From contig CAMYAB010000003.1 of NCBI GenBank assembly GCA_947253625.1, forward strand, positions 107,105 to 171,104: 64,000 nucleotides of DNA. The letters run 5' to 3'. The position numbers and the translations under genes were made by a program. The notes below the pieces were generated by a model. It searched no databases. It had not been told where the DNA came from and was given only the letters and a program-made list of their open reading frames with translations. Positions 49,178 through 58,957 of this stretch are shown here, piece by piece (position 1 is the stretch's first letter; each line of letters opens with the position of its first letter). This DNA comes from an uncultured Porphyromonadaceae bacterium. Its GTDB lineage: Bacteria; Bacteroidota; Bacteroidia; Bacteroidales; Porphyromonadaceae.

Positions 49178-51496
49178 CTAGTGAGTTTGGCCGGCTGCTG
49201 TCGTGGTTTGGGTGAGGGAGTAGGGGCGATCCCTGTCAGCAGTGCCCCGATCTGTGTTGGGCCTATCGGACATGGTGAAGTGCAGGGTGGCACCATCGGT
49301 GAGTTGACCGTGGGTTACGTAGTTGGCGGTATACTCCTTTCCGTCCAGCGTCAGTGACTGCACATACCTGTGGGTGGGTGCGTTTTCGTCAGCAATGATG
49401 GTGAAAGTCTTGCCACTCTCCATGGTCACTGTGGCTTTTCGGAAAAGAGGAGATCCGAGGATGTACTGGTCCGATCCCGGACAAACGGGGTAAAAACCAA
49501 GTGCCGAAAAGACGTACCAGGCTGAGGTCTGGCCATTGTCCTCATCGCCACAGTAGCCGTCCGGTGTGGGGGTGTAGAGACGCGCCATGACGTCACGGGT
49601 GCGGTATTGGGCCTTCCAGGGCTGGCCGGAGTAGTTGTAGAGATAGATCATGTGCTGTGCGGGCTGGTTGCCGTGTGCGTAGTTGCCCATATTCATGATC
49701 TGCATCTCCCGTATCTCGTGGATCACGTAGCCGTAGTAGGAGTCGTCGAAGTGTGGCGGTACGCTGAACACGGAGTCGAGCATCTCGTTGAAGGAGTCTT
49801 TGCCCCCCATCAAGTCGATCAGCCCCTGTGGGTCATGAAAGACAGACCAGGAGTAGTGCCAGCTATTGCCCTCGGTGAAGGCATCGCCCCACTTGAGGGG
49901 ATTGAAGGGGGTCTGGAAGGTGCCATTCTCGTTTCGGCCTCTCATGAGCCTATGCTGTGGGTCGTAGAGGTGTCGGTAGTTGAGTGCGTTTTTGGCAAAA
50001 GGCCGGAGCTCCTTGTCGGGTTTGCCAAGGGCTTGTCCGAGGCGGTAGATACACCAGTCGTCGTAGGCATACTCGAGCGTGCGTGCTGCATTTTCGTTGA
50101 TACCGACATCGTAGGGAACGTAGCCGAGCCTATCGTAGTACTCATGCCCATACCGGCCGGTGGCATGCACCTGGGGGTGGACACTGTGTGCACCGTGCTT
50201 GACTGCCTCCCATAGGGTCTCGATGTCTTGCCCCCGAATCCCCTTGATCCAAGCATCCGCCACGATGGAGGCGGAGTTGTTGCCGATCATGATGTCACGG
50301 TGTCCCGGGCTGGACCACTCGGGCAAAAATCCACTCTCGAGGTAGACATTGACAAGAGCCTGCTGATACTCCCTGCTGATGGAGGGGTAGACAAGGTTGA
50401 GCAGGGGGAAAAGGCTGCGAAAGGTGTCCCAAAAGCCCGTATCGGTGTACATGTATCCGGGAAGGACCTTGCCGTTGTAGGGGCTGTAGTGCATCACTTG
50501 CCCGTGGGTATCGATCTCGTAGAAGGCGCGCGGAAAGAGGACCGAGCGGTAGAGGCAGGAGTAGAAGGTGCGGAGGTTGTCGATGCTAGGATCCTCCACT
50601 TGGATGCGCCCGAGTATATCGTTCCAGCGGGTACGCCCATCAGCGGCGACCTCCTCCAAGGTGCGGTCGCCCAGCTCACGGAGGTTTTGCTCGGCCTGCT
50701 CTATGCTGATGAATGATGAGGCTACCCGTACATGTACTCGGTCGCCACGGTGAGTCCCGACAAAGCCGACAACCCCCATGGCGTGGTCGGCTGTCACCTC
50801 GTCGCGGCCGACCTGCAACAAGCTATCGGCCACTGTGGCGTGGTAGGTAAAGGGGCGATCGAAGTGGAGGACAAAGTAGTTGCGAAAGTTGTCGGGCACT
50901 CCTCCGCTATTTTTTGTGGTGTAGCCTACGATCTTTTGCTCCTCGGGGATGATCCGAACGTGTGAGCCTTTGTCAAAGGCATCCAGTACAATGTAGCCAC
51001 CCTCCGACTCGGGAAATGTGAAGCGAAAAATAGCGGCTCGCTCCGTGGGTGCCAGCTCCGCCAAGACATCGTGGTCCGCCAAGTAGACACTGTAGTAGTA
51101 AGGTCGTGCCACCTCTGCCTTGTGCGAAAACCAACTGGCGCGCGCCTCCTCATCGTAGATGGGTGCGCCGGTCACGGGCATGAGGGCAAACTGTCCATAG
51201 TCGTTCATCCAGGGACTGGGTTGGTGGGTCTGCTTGAGTCCACGGATCTTGTCGGCGGTGTAGGAGTAGGTCCAGCCGTCACCCATTTTTCCGGTCTGTG
51301 GGGTCCAAAAGTTCATTCCCCAGGGCATGGCTATCGCCGGATAGGTATTGCCGGTGGAGAGGCTGTGCTTGGACATGGTCCCCATCAGGGTGGTGACGTA
51401 GTCAACCGGGTCGGCCTTGGGGTTGGCGAGCGTGTGTGTGGTGCTCAGGGTCAGGAGGAGTAGGGCTGAGGCTAGGAGTCGTCTTGTTGGTTGCAT
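49178..51496 (-). CDS. GH92-family alpha-1,2-mannosidase (putative)
   Basis: Signal peptide and GH92 conserved blocks (…GNTYPAIAMPWGMNFWTPQT…, …DYGYVPYD…). Confidence 0.85.
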   Translation of the reverse strand: MQPTRRLLASALLLLTLSTTHTLANPKADPVDYVTTLMGTMSKHSLSTGNTYPAIAMPWGMNFWTPQTGKMGDGWTYSYTADKIRGLKQTHQPSPWMNDYGQFALMPVTGAPIYDEEARASWFSHKAEVARPYYYSVYLADHDVLAELAPTERAAIFRFTFPESEGGYIVLDAFDKGSHVRIIPEEQKIVGYTTKNSGGVPDNFRNYFVLHFDRPFTYHATVADSLLQVGRDEVTADHAMGVVGFVGTHRGDRVHVRVASSFISIEQAEQNLRELGDRTLEEVAADGRTRWNDILGRIQVEDPSIDNLRTFYSCLYRSVLFPRAFYEIDTHGQVMHYSPYNGKVLPGYMYTDTGFWDTFRSLFPLLNLVYPSISREYQQALVNVYLESGFLPEWSSPGHRDIMIGNNSASIVADAWIKGIRGQDIETLWEAVKHGAHSVHPQVHATGRYGHEYYDRLGYVPYDVGINENAARTLEYAYDDWCIYRLGQALGKPDKELRPFAKNALNYRHLYDPQHRLMRGRNENGTFQTPFNPLKWGDAFTEGNSWHYSWSVFHDPQGLIDLMGGKDSFNEMLDSVFSVPPHFDDSYYGYVIHEIREMQIMNMGNYAHGNQPAQHMIYLYNYSGQPWKAQYRTRDVMARLYTPTPDGYCGDEDNGQTSAWYVFSALGFYPVCPGSDQYILGSPLFRKATVTMESGKTFTIIADENAPTHRYVQSLTLDGKEYTANYVTHGQLTDGATLHFTMSDRPNTDRGTADRDRPYSLTQTTTAAGQTH

Positions 51497-51648
51497 AGGG
51501 TTGGTACTCGTTTTTTGTACTGTGCAAAGCTATTTCATTTCCCCGATATTACCAAGCAAGACAGGGTGCGACTGTCGTGGAAAGCAAATAAAAAGGGACT
51601 GTACCGTGTTTTGTGCGGTACAGTCCCTGTCTGTCTGGCTATAGAGGA

Positions 51649-53271
51649 TTAGTAGTCCTTATTTTGGGTGAGCTTGGGGTTTTTGTCTCGTGCAGATTGG
51701 GGAATCGGTAGGAAGCGATTGTGCAGATCAAAGTTGCGCGTCTCAATCTTTACGGTCCCGGTGATGGTCGCTCTCATGGTGGGGTCAGCGACATTCTTGT
51801 CGACGGTGCCGTCGACTCTCAGAAGGTCTCCCTTGAGGACTTTCATCGCCACGGGATTGCCGGAGGCATCCTTCCAGCGGACGATATCGAATCTGCGGAT
51901 CCCCTCTCCGGCCAGCTCTACAGCACGCTCTCTGCGGATGAGCTCACGCAGGGTCTCCTTGGTGTTGTACTTGGCGCGGTTGACCTCGGGCATCTCGACA
52001 CGAGTCCGGATCTGATCGAGCAGGCTGTAGACATTGTCGCTTGGTCCGCTCAGTTCGTTTTCAGCTTCGGCGAGAGACAAAAGGACTTCGGCGTACCTAA
52101 AGACGATGGGTTGGACGGCTGTCTGCCAGATATTGCTGTACTGCGACTTTGGGAAGAGGTACTTGCCCCAGGTGAGTGCAGTCTTGGAGGCATTGTTTGC
52201 TTGCTCGGGGTAGTTGGGGTTGGGAGTATCTCCAAAATCCTTGGTCAGAGTGTCGTATACGCCATCTTCCCAGTCAGCTCCCGGGTAGAGTACGGTCATC
52301 GCCATACGTGGGTCACGGTTGGCAAATGGGTGCTTGGGGTCGTAGCCACTGCCGGCTTCTTCTTTTGCCAGACCGTTGCTCATCTCGTAGGTGTCGACGA
52401 GGTTTTGGGTGGGGACAGCTGAGGACCAGCCATTTTCACCATTGTTGTACATACTGCCGATGGTCCAGTCGCTGTAGAGTTGCTCGTCTGCCTGGATGGC
52501 GAGTATGATCTCCTTGGATCCTTGTCCGGCGATGGTGAATAGGTTGCTATAGCTTGGGCCTAACTCATAGAGTCCGAGCCCCATGATGGCCTTGGCAGAC
52601 TCTGTCACCCGAGAGTAGTCCTCGTAGTACAGTGCTGCTCTCATGAGCATAGAGAGTGCCGCTCCCTTGGCGATGCGTCCGGTCTCTGCCGGCTCTTTGG
52701 GAAGGTCAGCGATCGCCTCTGTGAGGTCCTTGTACACTTGGGCCTTTACCTCCTCCGAAGAGTTGCGTGCTACTTTGGCCTCTTCGGCATTTTTGTAGGA
52801 GCTGATGATGGGGACATCTCCATAGACCCAGTTGAGCTGAAAGTAGGCAAAACCACGGATCGCCTTGACCTCGGCAATCCACGCTTTTTTCTCAGCTTCG
52901 TTTGCAAACTTGACCGCCTCGATCTTTTCGAGGAAGCGGTTGCACTGTCCAATCTTTGTGAGTGACCCACTGTAGATGTGCTCTACATTGTTGGTGGGGG
53001 TCATCTCGCCGTTGGCGATGTTTTTGTAGCCTTCGTGTACGTGGAAGTTGTAGCCAAAGTCGCTCATCGACTCGGCGTACAAGAGGTGATGCCCGGTGTA
53101 CCAGCCATCGTATACTCCTACCAAAAACTTGTAGGCATCCTCTTGGGTTTTCCAGGTGGTTCCCGGTGACAGTGCGTCCTTGGGTGCTGTGTCCAAAAAG
53201 CCCGTGCAGCTCACAAGTGATGGTGCGAGTGCCAATAGGGTGAGGGCGAATAGTATCTTTATGTTTTTCAT
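51649..53271 (-). CDS. SusD/RagB-family nutrient-binding outer-membrane lipoprotein
   Basis: Lipoprotein signal (LVSC) and a TPR-like SusD fold. Met85 (53271) chosen over the ORF-track start at 53523. Confidence 0.8.
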   Translation of the reverse strand: MKNIKILFALTLLALAPSLVSCTGFLDTAPKDALSPGTTWKTQEDAYKFLVGVYDGWYTGHHLLYAESMSDFGYNFHVHEGYKNIANGEMTPTNNVEHIYSGSLTKIGQCNRFLEKIEAVKFANEAEKKAWIAEVKAIRGFAYFQLNWVYGDVPIISSYKNAEEAKVARNSSEEVKAQVYKDLTEAIADLPKEPAETGRIAKGAALSMLMRAALYYEDYSRVTESAKAIMGLGLYELGPSYSNLFTIAGQGSKEIILAIQADEQLYSDWTIGSMYNNGENGWSSAVPTQNLVDTYEMSNGLAKEEAGSGYDPKHPFANRDPRMAMTVLYPGADWEDGVYDTLTKDFGDTPNPNYPEQANNASKTALTWGKYLFPKSQYSNIWQTAVQPIVFRYAEVLLSLAEAENELSGPSDNVYSLLDQIRTRVEMPEVNRAKYNTKETLRELIRRERAVELAGEGIRRFDIVRWKDASGNPVAMKVLKGDLLRVDGTVDKNVADPTMRATITGTVKIETRNFDLHNRFLPIPQSARDKNPKLTQNKDY

Positions 53272-53288
53272 CTTATGGGTCCTTTTTT

Positions 53289-56200
53289 TTAGAAAGTGAG
53301 ATTGATACCGATCGAGTGAGTGGAGGTGATCGGGAATTGAGCTCCTCTCTGGTCGGTGTTTTCGGGATCTATGGAGACCATCATCTTGTGTAGGGTGAGG
53401 AGGTTCTCCGCAGAGTAGTAGATCCGCATACTCTCTATGCCGACTTTGCTCAGCAGGTCTTGTGGAAGGGTGTAGCCGAGTTGTAGGTTTTTGAGCCTGA
53501 GGTAGGAGGCATCTTGTACCCAAAAGTCGGAAACGTTTTTGGACATGCTTGGGTCATCGATCATCCCTAGGCGTGGAATGTTGGTCTTTTTGTTTTCCGG
53601 AGTCCAAGCCTTGAGCCACATGGTGGAGGGGTGTCCCATATCACCGGAGATGTAGCCGGCTACCTCGTTGTTGATGAGGCGTGATACGCCTGCGGCACCG
53701 CTCCACATGGTGGATAGGTCGATGTTTTTCCAGCCGGCTCCGAGGGTGATACCGTACGTCCATATCGGCTCTTGGGAGCCTAGCAACACACGGTCGTCGG
53801 CATTGACTTTGCCATCTTTATTGGTGTCGCTGAAGATGAGGTCACCTCCTCTGAAGTTTTTGCCCAGAGCGGTACCGTACTTTTTCATCCACGCCTGTGC
53901 CTTTTCATCGGATTGGTGGATCCCTTCGGTCTTGTAGCCGAGGAAGCTGTTGTACGCTTGTCCCACTTGGTTGCGGATGGCTCCATCGGTCATCTGTGGC
54001 ACACCACCGAGGTTCTCGATCACGTTTTTGTTGTAGGCGAGGTTGACACTGGCATTGAAGCTCCAGTCGCCCCAGTGGTCTTGGTAGCCTGCGATCATCT
54101 CCACGCCGGAGTTGCGCATGGAGCCTACGTTGTCGTTGTAGCCACCGAGCTGAAACTCATCCGGTGCCGGCACTTTCATGATGATGTCCGTCGTGAGGCG
54201 GTTGTAGTAGTCCAGGGTGAGGTTGATCTTGCTGAGGAGTGTGAGGTCCAGACCGATACCCCAGTTGGTCGACTTTTCCCACGTGATGGTTGGTAGGTGA
54301 TAATCCTTGAGGAGATAGCCACTCTTTATGGATCCTCCAAGTGGGTATTTGCCCTCAATGCTGTAGGTGTTGAGCCAAGGATAGTAGTCCTTGAGAGCGT
54401 CTTGGTTGCCAAGCATACCCCACGATGCGCGGAACTTGAGGTTGCTGAGCCAGTCTCTGGTGGACTCCATGAACTCCTCTTCGCTCATACGCCAAGCGAC
54501 AGAGAATGATGGGAAGTAGCCCCACTGGTAGCCTTTGGCAAATCGGGAAGAGGCATCGGCACGGACGTTGGCTTCAAGAAGGTAGCGACCGGCGTAGTCG
54601 TAGTTGAGGCGTGCAAACCATGAGAGCATGTTGAGCTTGCGTGTGTTTCCCCAGTTCTTTTGGGTAGCTGAGGCACCGGCGTTCATGTCGGTAAGGTCGT
54701 TGTTGGGGAAGTTTTTGCGCTCTCCTCTCAGGTAGTTGTAGTCGTATGCCTCAGCGTGCCAGCCTAGGAGACCTTTGAGGTTGTGGTCGCCGAAAGACTT
54801 GTCGGCATTGAGGAGTAGGTCGAGGTTGCTGCGCTCCCAGGCGTAGTACCTGCGGTCGAGCTTGTTTGGGTCGGAGTGTCTCTGAGCGTTGTACTTGATG
54901 TACTTCTCAAAGTTTTTGTAGTCCTGGATGTTGGAGACGTAGGAGAGGTTGGCGGTTGCGGTGAGCCAGTCGGTGATGTGGTAGTCGCCACCTACGATTC
55001 CGGTGAAAATGTGGTTGAGTCGGTCGACGGTCTGGTTGGCATCCAGCCAAGCGATAGGGCTACCGTCCGATCCTACGCCCCAGGTGCCATCGGGGTAGCG
55101 TGCCACGATCCAAGGAGCTATGACGTTGAGCTGTCGGAGGATCTGGTTGGAAGAGCCACCGTAGTAGGAGGTGGTGGGGTCGTAGTAAAAATTACGGGTG
55201 TAGGCGAGGCTGAGTCGCATGTCCAGGCGATCATTGATCTTGGCGTCTAGGTTGATTCGCCCGTTGAATTGCTCCCGTCCGGAGTTGGGTAGGATACCCT
55301 TCTGTCCGAGGTATCCGATGGATCCTAGGTACTTGACCTCCTTGCTACCACCGCTGAGGCTGATGTTGTGTGCTTGTTGGATGCCGGTCCGGTAGGCCAC
55401 TTTGTTCCAGTCGGTGTTGGGGTGCGTGAGGGGGGAGGATCCATCCTGAAATTTCTTGAGGTCCTCGTCCGAAAAGCGGAGAGGCTCTCCCTTGGCTTTG
55501 CTGTACCGGTTGGATGCCACTGCGTAGTCGTAGGAGGACATGCGCTGTACCAGCTCAGTGGGTCGTTGGATACCCCCGTAGCCGTTGTAGCTGATGCGTG
55601 TCTTCCCGGCCTGTCCTCGCTTGGTGGTGACGAGGATGACACCATTGGAGGCTTTGGATCCGTAGATGGCGGCCGATGCGGCATCCTTTAGGACTGTGAT
55701 GCTCTCAATGTCGTTGGGGTCAAGTGAGTTGAGCGAACCGGACTCTACGCCATCGATCAAGATGTAGGGAGAGGCGGTGTTGAGCGTCCCCACACCACGG
55801 ACACGGATCGATCCTCCGTCCTGTCCCGGTCGACCGGAGGCATTGGTGACGGTGACACCGGGCATGAGACCCTGGATGGCACTTGAGAGGTTTTGTACGG
55901 GGCGGCTCCGGAGCTGTTTTTTATCCACACTTGCCACGGAGCCTGTGAGGTTCTCTTTTTTCTGGATACCATAGCCGACCACCACTACCTCTTGTAGGAG
56001 TTCAGAGTCGTCGTGTAGCGTGATTGTGAGGTTGGTTTGTCCGTTGATCGGGACTTCGAGGGTCTTCATTCCGACAAAGGAGACCCGGATTGTCCCATTG
56101 GCCGGGACACCACTGAGGCGAAATGCCCCATCTATGCCTGTGACTGTCCCTTTGGTATTGTCTTCGACTAGTACTACGGTGGCCCCAATCACTGTTTCAC

Positions 56201-56378
56201 CGGCTGCGTCGTGTACGACACCGTGTACGTTGATCTTGTTGGATTGGGTGATGGTCTGTGTGGAGTGAGACGCTATGTTGTTGGCATATAGCGAATTACC
56301 CCCCCCTATGTGGGTCATAGGGAGCGCGAAAGCGCAGACCAGAAGAGGAAGTGCACTTCTAAATTTGCTTTTCTTCAT
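53289..56378 (-). CDS. SusC/RagA-family TonB-linked outer-membrane transporter
   Basis: Signal peptide, carboxypeptidase-regulatory-like domain, TonB box/plug (…EVVVVGYGIQKKENLTGSV…) and a C-terminal barrel ending …SIGINLTF. Confidence 0.9.
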   Translation of the reverse strand: MKKSKFRSALPLLVCAFALPMTHIGGGNSLYANNIASHSTQTITQSNKINVHGVVHDAAGETVIGATVVLVEDNTKGTVTGIDGAFRLSGVPANGTIRVSFVGMKTLEVPINGQTNLTITLHDDSELLQEVVVVGYGIQKKENLTGSVASVDKKQLRSRPVQNLSSAIQGLMPGVTVTNASGRPGQDGGSIRVRGVGTLNTASPYILIDGVESGSLNSLDPNDIESITVLKDAASAAIYGSKASNGVILVTTKRGQAGKTRISYNGYGGIQRPTELVQRMSSYDYAVASNRYSKAKGEPLRFSDEDLKKFQDGSSPLTHPNTDWNKVAYRTGIQQAHNISLSGGSKEVKYLGSIGYLGQKGILPNSGREQFNGRINLDAKINDRLDMRLSLAYTRNFYYDPTTSYYGGSSNQILRQLNVIAPWIVARYPDGTWGVGSDGSPIAWLDANQTVDRLNHIFTGIVGGDYHITDWLTATANLSYVSNIQDYKNFEKYIKYNAQRHSDPNKLDRRYYAWERSNLDLLLNADKSFGDHNLKGLLGWHAEAYDYNYLRGERKNFPNNDLTDMNAGASATQKNWGNTRKLNMLSWFARLNYDYAGRYLLEANVRADASSRFAKGYQWGYFPSFSVAWRMSEEEFMESTRDWLSNLKFRASWGMLGNQDALKDYYPWLNTYSIEGKYPLGGSIKSGYLLKDYHLPTITWEKSTNWGIGLDLTLLSKINLTLDYYNRLTTDIIMKVPAPDEFQLGGYNDNVGSMRNSGVEMIAGYQDHWGDWSFNASVNLAYNKNVIENLGGVPQMTDGAIRNQVGQAYNSFLGYKTEGIHQSDEKAQAWMKKYGTALGKNFRGGDLIFSDTNKDGKVNADDRVLLGSQEPIWTYGITLGAGWKNIDLSTMWSGAAGVSRLINNEVAGYISGDMGHPSTMWLKAWTPENKKTNIPRLGMIDDPSMSKNVSDFWVQDASYLRLKNLQLGYTLPQDLLSKVGIESMRIYYSAENLLTLHKMMVSIDPENTDQRGAQFPITSTHSIGINLTF

Positions 56379-56596
56379 AAGTCTTTGGTTTCTTGAATTG
56401 ATGGAATGTGTTTAGTTTCGCGTGGTTTTTCTAAGTATTCTGTTGGACAGGCCACTGTTCCGATGCGGGTTCTGCCTCACGAGACAAACATACCTAAAAA
56501 AAAATAAAAACCACGGGTACTGCTCCCTCCTTTCTGAAAACTTGCACTCGGGGCTCTCCTTGCCGGCCATGCCTTTTGCTGGGTGGCGGGGAGGGG

Positions 56597-57928
56597 TTAT
56601 GCAGGGAGTAGGCGACGGCGTGTGGTGAGGTAGTAGAGGAGGATGGCGGCTCCCTTGAGTAGGCAGGTCCAGCAGATGATCCACCAGAGGGTGTCTATGG
56701 TAGGATGGATGGGGAGGAGGATCATGGCCAGTGGTATGCGTAGTGCGTTGCCTGTGATGCTGATGAGAGCGGGGGGTAGTGAGCGTCGCATACCGTAAAA
56801 GAAGCCTTGGAAGGAGAGCTCAATCATCATGAAGAGCTGTGCCGGGGAGTTGATGCGGAGGTAGTCGGCACCGGCTAGGATGGCTCGGGTCTCCGGGATG
56901 ATGAGGGCAAAGAGTCGGTCGCCGAGGAAGTAGTTGAGGAGCAACCCGATGAGCCCTACTGCTGTGGCGAGTTTGAGGGTGAAGGCGAGGCCTTGTCTGA
57001 TGCGTGTGCGGTGTCCGGCTCCATAGTTTTGGGAGACAAAGGCACTGAGTGCTGTGGAGAGTCCTTGTCCGGTGTTCCAGGATATGCCCTCTAGCTGTCC
57101 GCCTACGCTGATGGTCGTCACGCCGATGTGTCCTCCGGCTTGGGAGGCAAATCGCCCCAGGCTCATGTTGATAGCTGCCATGAGAGCGTTCATGAGGGCG
57201 ACGGGTGTGCCGATCTTTAGGACGGATAGGGTGGGGGTGAGCCGCAGGTGGCGGATGATCCGAAATCCCCCGAAGAGCCGATCGCTGTAGAGTCGCCAGA
57301 GGAGGAGTGCCAGTACCACTGCCTGTGAGAGTATGGTGGCGATGGCGGCTCCCTCTATTTTGAGGTCGAGGAGGAATATGAAGAGTGGGTCAAGAAGGAG
57401 GTTGGTAGCCACACCGATGGCTGTAGCTCGGAAGGGGACTTCGGATCGTCCGATGGCGTTGTAGACACCTATGAGTGCAACGGTAAGGAATGTGATGGGC
57501 AGACCCAGAGCGACGATCCGAAAGTAGCTGACACCGTAGCTGTGAATTTCCGGGATGAGGCGATAAAAACCAATGAAGGGGTGAGCGAATAGGATGTAGA
57601 GGGCCATGACGAGGAGGCCGAGGAGGAGTCCCATGGTGGTGACGTGTCCGGCGTACTCTTGCGCACTTTTTTCGTCTTGAGCTCCGACGGCATAGGCTAC
57701 GGTCACCTCTCCGCCCACTTTGTTGAGGAGAGAGAGTGAGGTGGCGAGCCAGAAAAAGACGGATGCCGCTCCCGATGCGGCTACGTACTCACTGCCCAAG
57801 CGTCCAAGCCAGGCCATGTCGACAAAGTTGTAGAGCATCTGCAGGAATCCACTGCCTAGGATAGGTAGTGCCAGGTGGATGATCTGCTTGCCGATGTGTC
57901 CGGTGGTGAGATCGCAGGTGTCTCTCAT
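56597..57928 (-). CDS. MATE-family efflux transporter
   Basis: 12 TM helices. N-terminal …LALPILGSGFLQMLYNFVDMAWLGRLG… is typical of the MATE family. Confidence 0.85.
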   Translation of the reverse strand: MRDTCDLTTGHIGKQIIHLALPILGSGFLQMLYNFVDMAWLGRLGSEYVAASGAASVFFWLATSLSLLNKVGGEVTVAYAVGAQDEKSAQEYAGHVTTMGLLLGLLVMALYILFAHPFIGFYRLIPEIHSYGVSYFRIVALGLPITFLTVALIGVYNAIGRSEVPFRATAIGVATNLLLDPLFIFLLDLKIEGAAIATILSQAVVLALLLWRLYSDRLFGGFRIIRHLRLTPTLSVLKIGTPVALMNALMAAINMSLGRFASQAGGHIGVTTISVGGQLEGISWNTGQGLSTALSAFVSQNYGAGHRTRIRQGLAFTLKLATAVGLIGLLLNYFLGDRLFALIIPETRAILAGADYLRINSPAQLFMMIELSFQGFFYGMRRSLPPALISITGNALRIPLAMILLPIHPTIDTLWWIICWTCLLKGAAILLYYLTTRRRLLPA

Positions 57929-57931
57929 GGG

Positions 57932-58957
57932 CTAGTGTTGGTTGTGCTCGGTGGTGAGCATGCCACAGGCGGCCGAGATGTCCTCTCCTCTGGAGCGTCG
58001 TATGGTGGTACGTAGTCCGTTGGTATTGAGGTACTCTTCCATCCACTGTATGTGTGTGTCGTCGGAGGTGCTGAGAGGGACGCCCGGTATGGCGTGGTAG
58101 CGGATGAGGTTGACCCGGCAGTCGAGTGGCTTGAGGAGCTTGAGGAGTGCTTGGGCGTGGCTCGGAGTGTCGTTGTAGCCACCGAAGACGATGTACTCAA
58201 ACGAGAGTCTCCGCTGTCCGGAAAAGTCGTAGTGGCTGAGTGTCTCTATGATATCGTGTATGTGGAAGGCTTTTTCGACCGGCATCAGCTTGGCTCTCTC
58301 CTCGGGTATTGCGCTGTGTATGCTGATGGCTAGGTGGGCGGTCTGCTCGTCCAAAAACTGCTTGAGCCCTCTTTTAGGGCCTATGGTGCTGACGGTGATG
58401 CGCTTGGGGCTCCATCCGTAGCCGTAGTCGGCCGTGAGGAGTTGGAGGGCTTGTGCGACGGCTGGGTAGTTGTCGAGGGGTTCGCCCATGCCCATGAAGA
58501 CGATATTGGTGAGCTCATCGGCATGTGGCACGGAGAGGACTTGGTTGAGGATATCTGTGGGGGTGAGGTGGGTGTGAAAGCCCATCTTGCCGGTTGCGCA
58601 AAAGAGGCAATTCATCTTGCACCCTACTTGGCTGGAGACGCACAGAGTGGCGCGTTTGCCATCGGGTATGTAGACAGTCTCAAAGGTGAGGTTGGGGTGC
58701 TCGAGTGGGCGAAAAAGGTATTTTTCGGTCCCATCCCGGGACACTTGCCTCGCGATAGGTTCGGAGCGTCCGACTCGGTATGTGGCTTGGAGGGCTTGGC
58801 GGAGGTCTTTGGGGAGGTTGGTCATCTCCTCAAATGAGGTGGCACGCCTGCGGTAGATCCACTCGGCCACTTGCTTTGCACGGTAGCTGGGTTGTCCGAG
58901 TGTGGCGATTAGCTCTTGGAGCTGAGGGAGGGTGAGTCCTAGGATTGCTTGTTTCAT
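57932..58957 (-). CDS. rlmN: 23S rRNA/tRNA (adenine-C2)-methyltransferase RlmN (radical SAM)
   Basis: The CxxxCxxC radical-SAM motif appears as GCKMNCLFCATG. N-terminal …YRAKQVAEWIY…. Confidence 0.9.
   Translation of the reverse strand: MKQAILGLTLPQLQELIATLGQPSYRAKQVAEWIYRRRATSFEEMTNLPKDLRQALQATYRVGRSEPIARQVSRDGTEKYLFRPLEHPNLTFETVYIPDGKRATLCVSSQVGCKMNCLFCATGKMGFHTHLTPTDILNQVLSVPHADELTNIVFMGMGEPLDNYPAVAQALQLLTADYGYGWSPKRITVSTIGPKRGLKQFLDEQTAHLAISIHSAIPEERAKLMPVEKAFHIHDIIETLSHYDFSGQRRLSFEYIVFGGYNDTPSHAQALLKLLKPLDCRVNLIRYHAIPGVPLSTSDDTHIQWMEEYLNTNGLRTTIRRSRGEDISAACGMLTTEHNQH

Noticed and set aside
51649-53523. Long N-terminal extensions given by the ORF track for SusD (624 aa), ECF sigma (223 aa), the helicase (1105 aa), the TonB-dependent receptor (821 aa), the acyl-CoA ligase (638 aa) and TolC (473 aa)
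   Set aside because: The extensions lack signal-peptide logic or overlap upstream genes. Internal Met codons preceded by stops or RBS-like sequences give canonical protein N-termini (lipoprotein signal peptides, Walker A positions), so the shorter starts were used.
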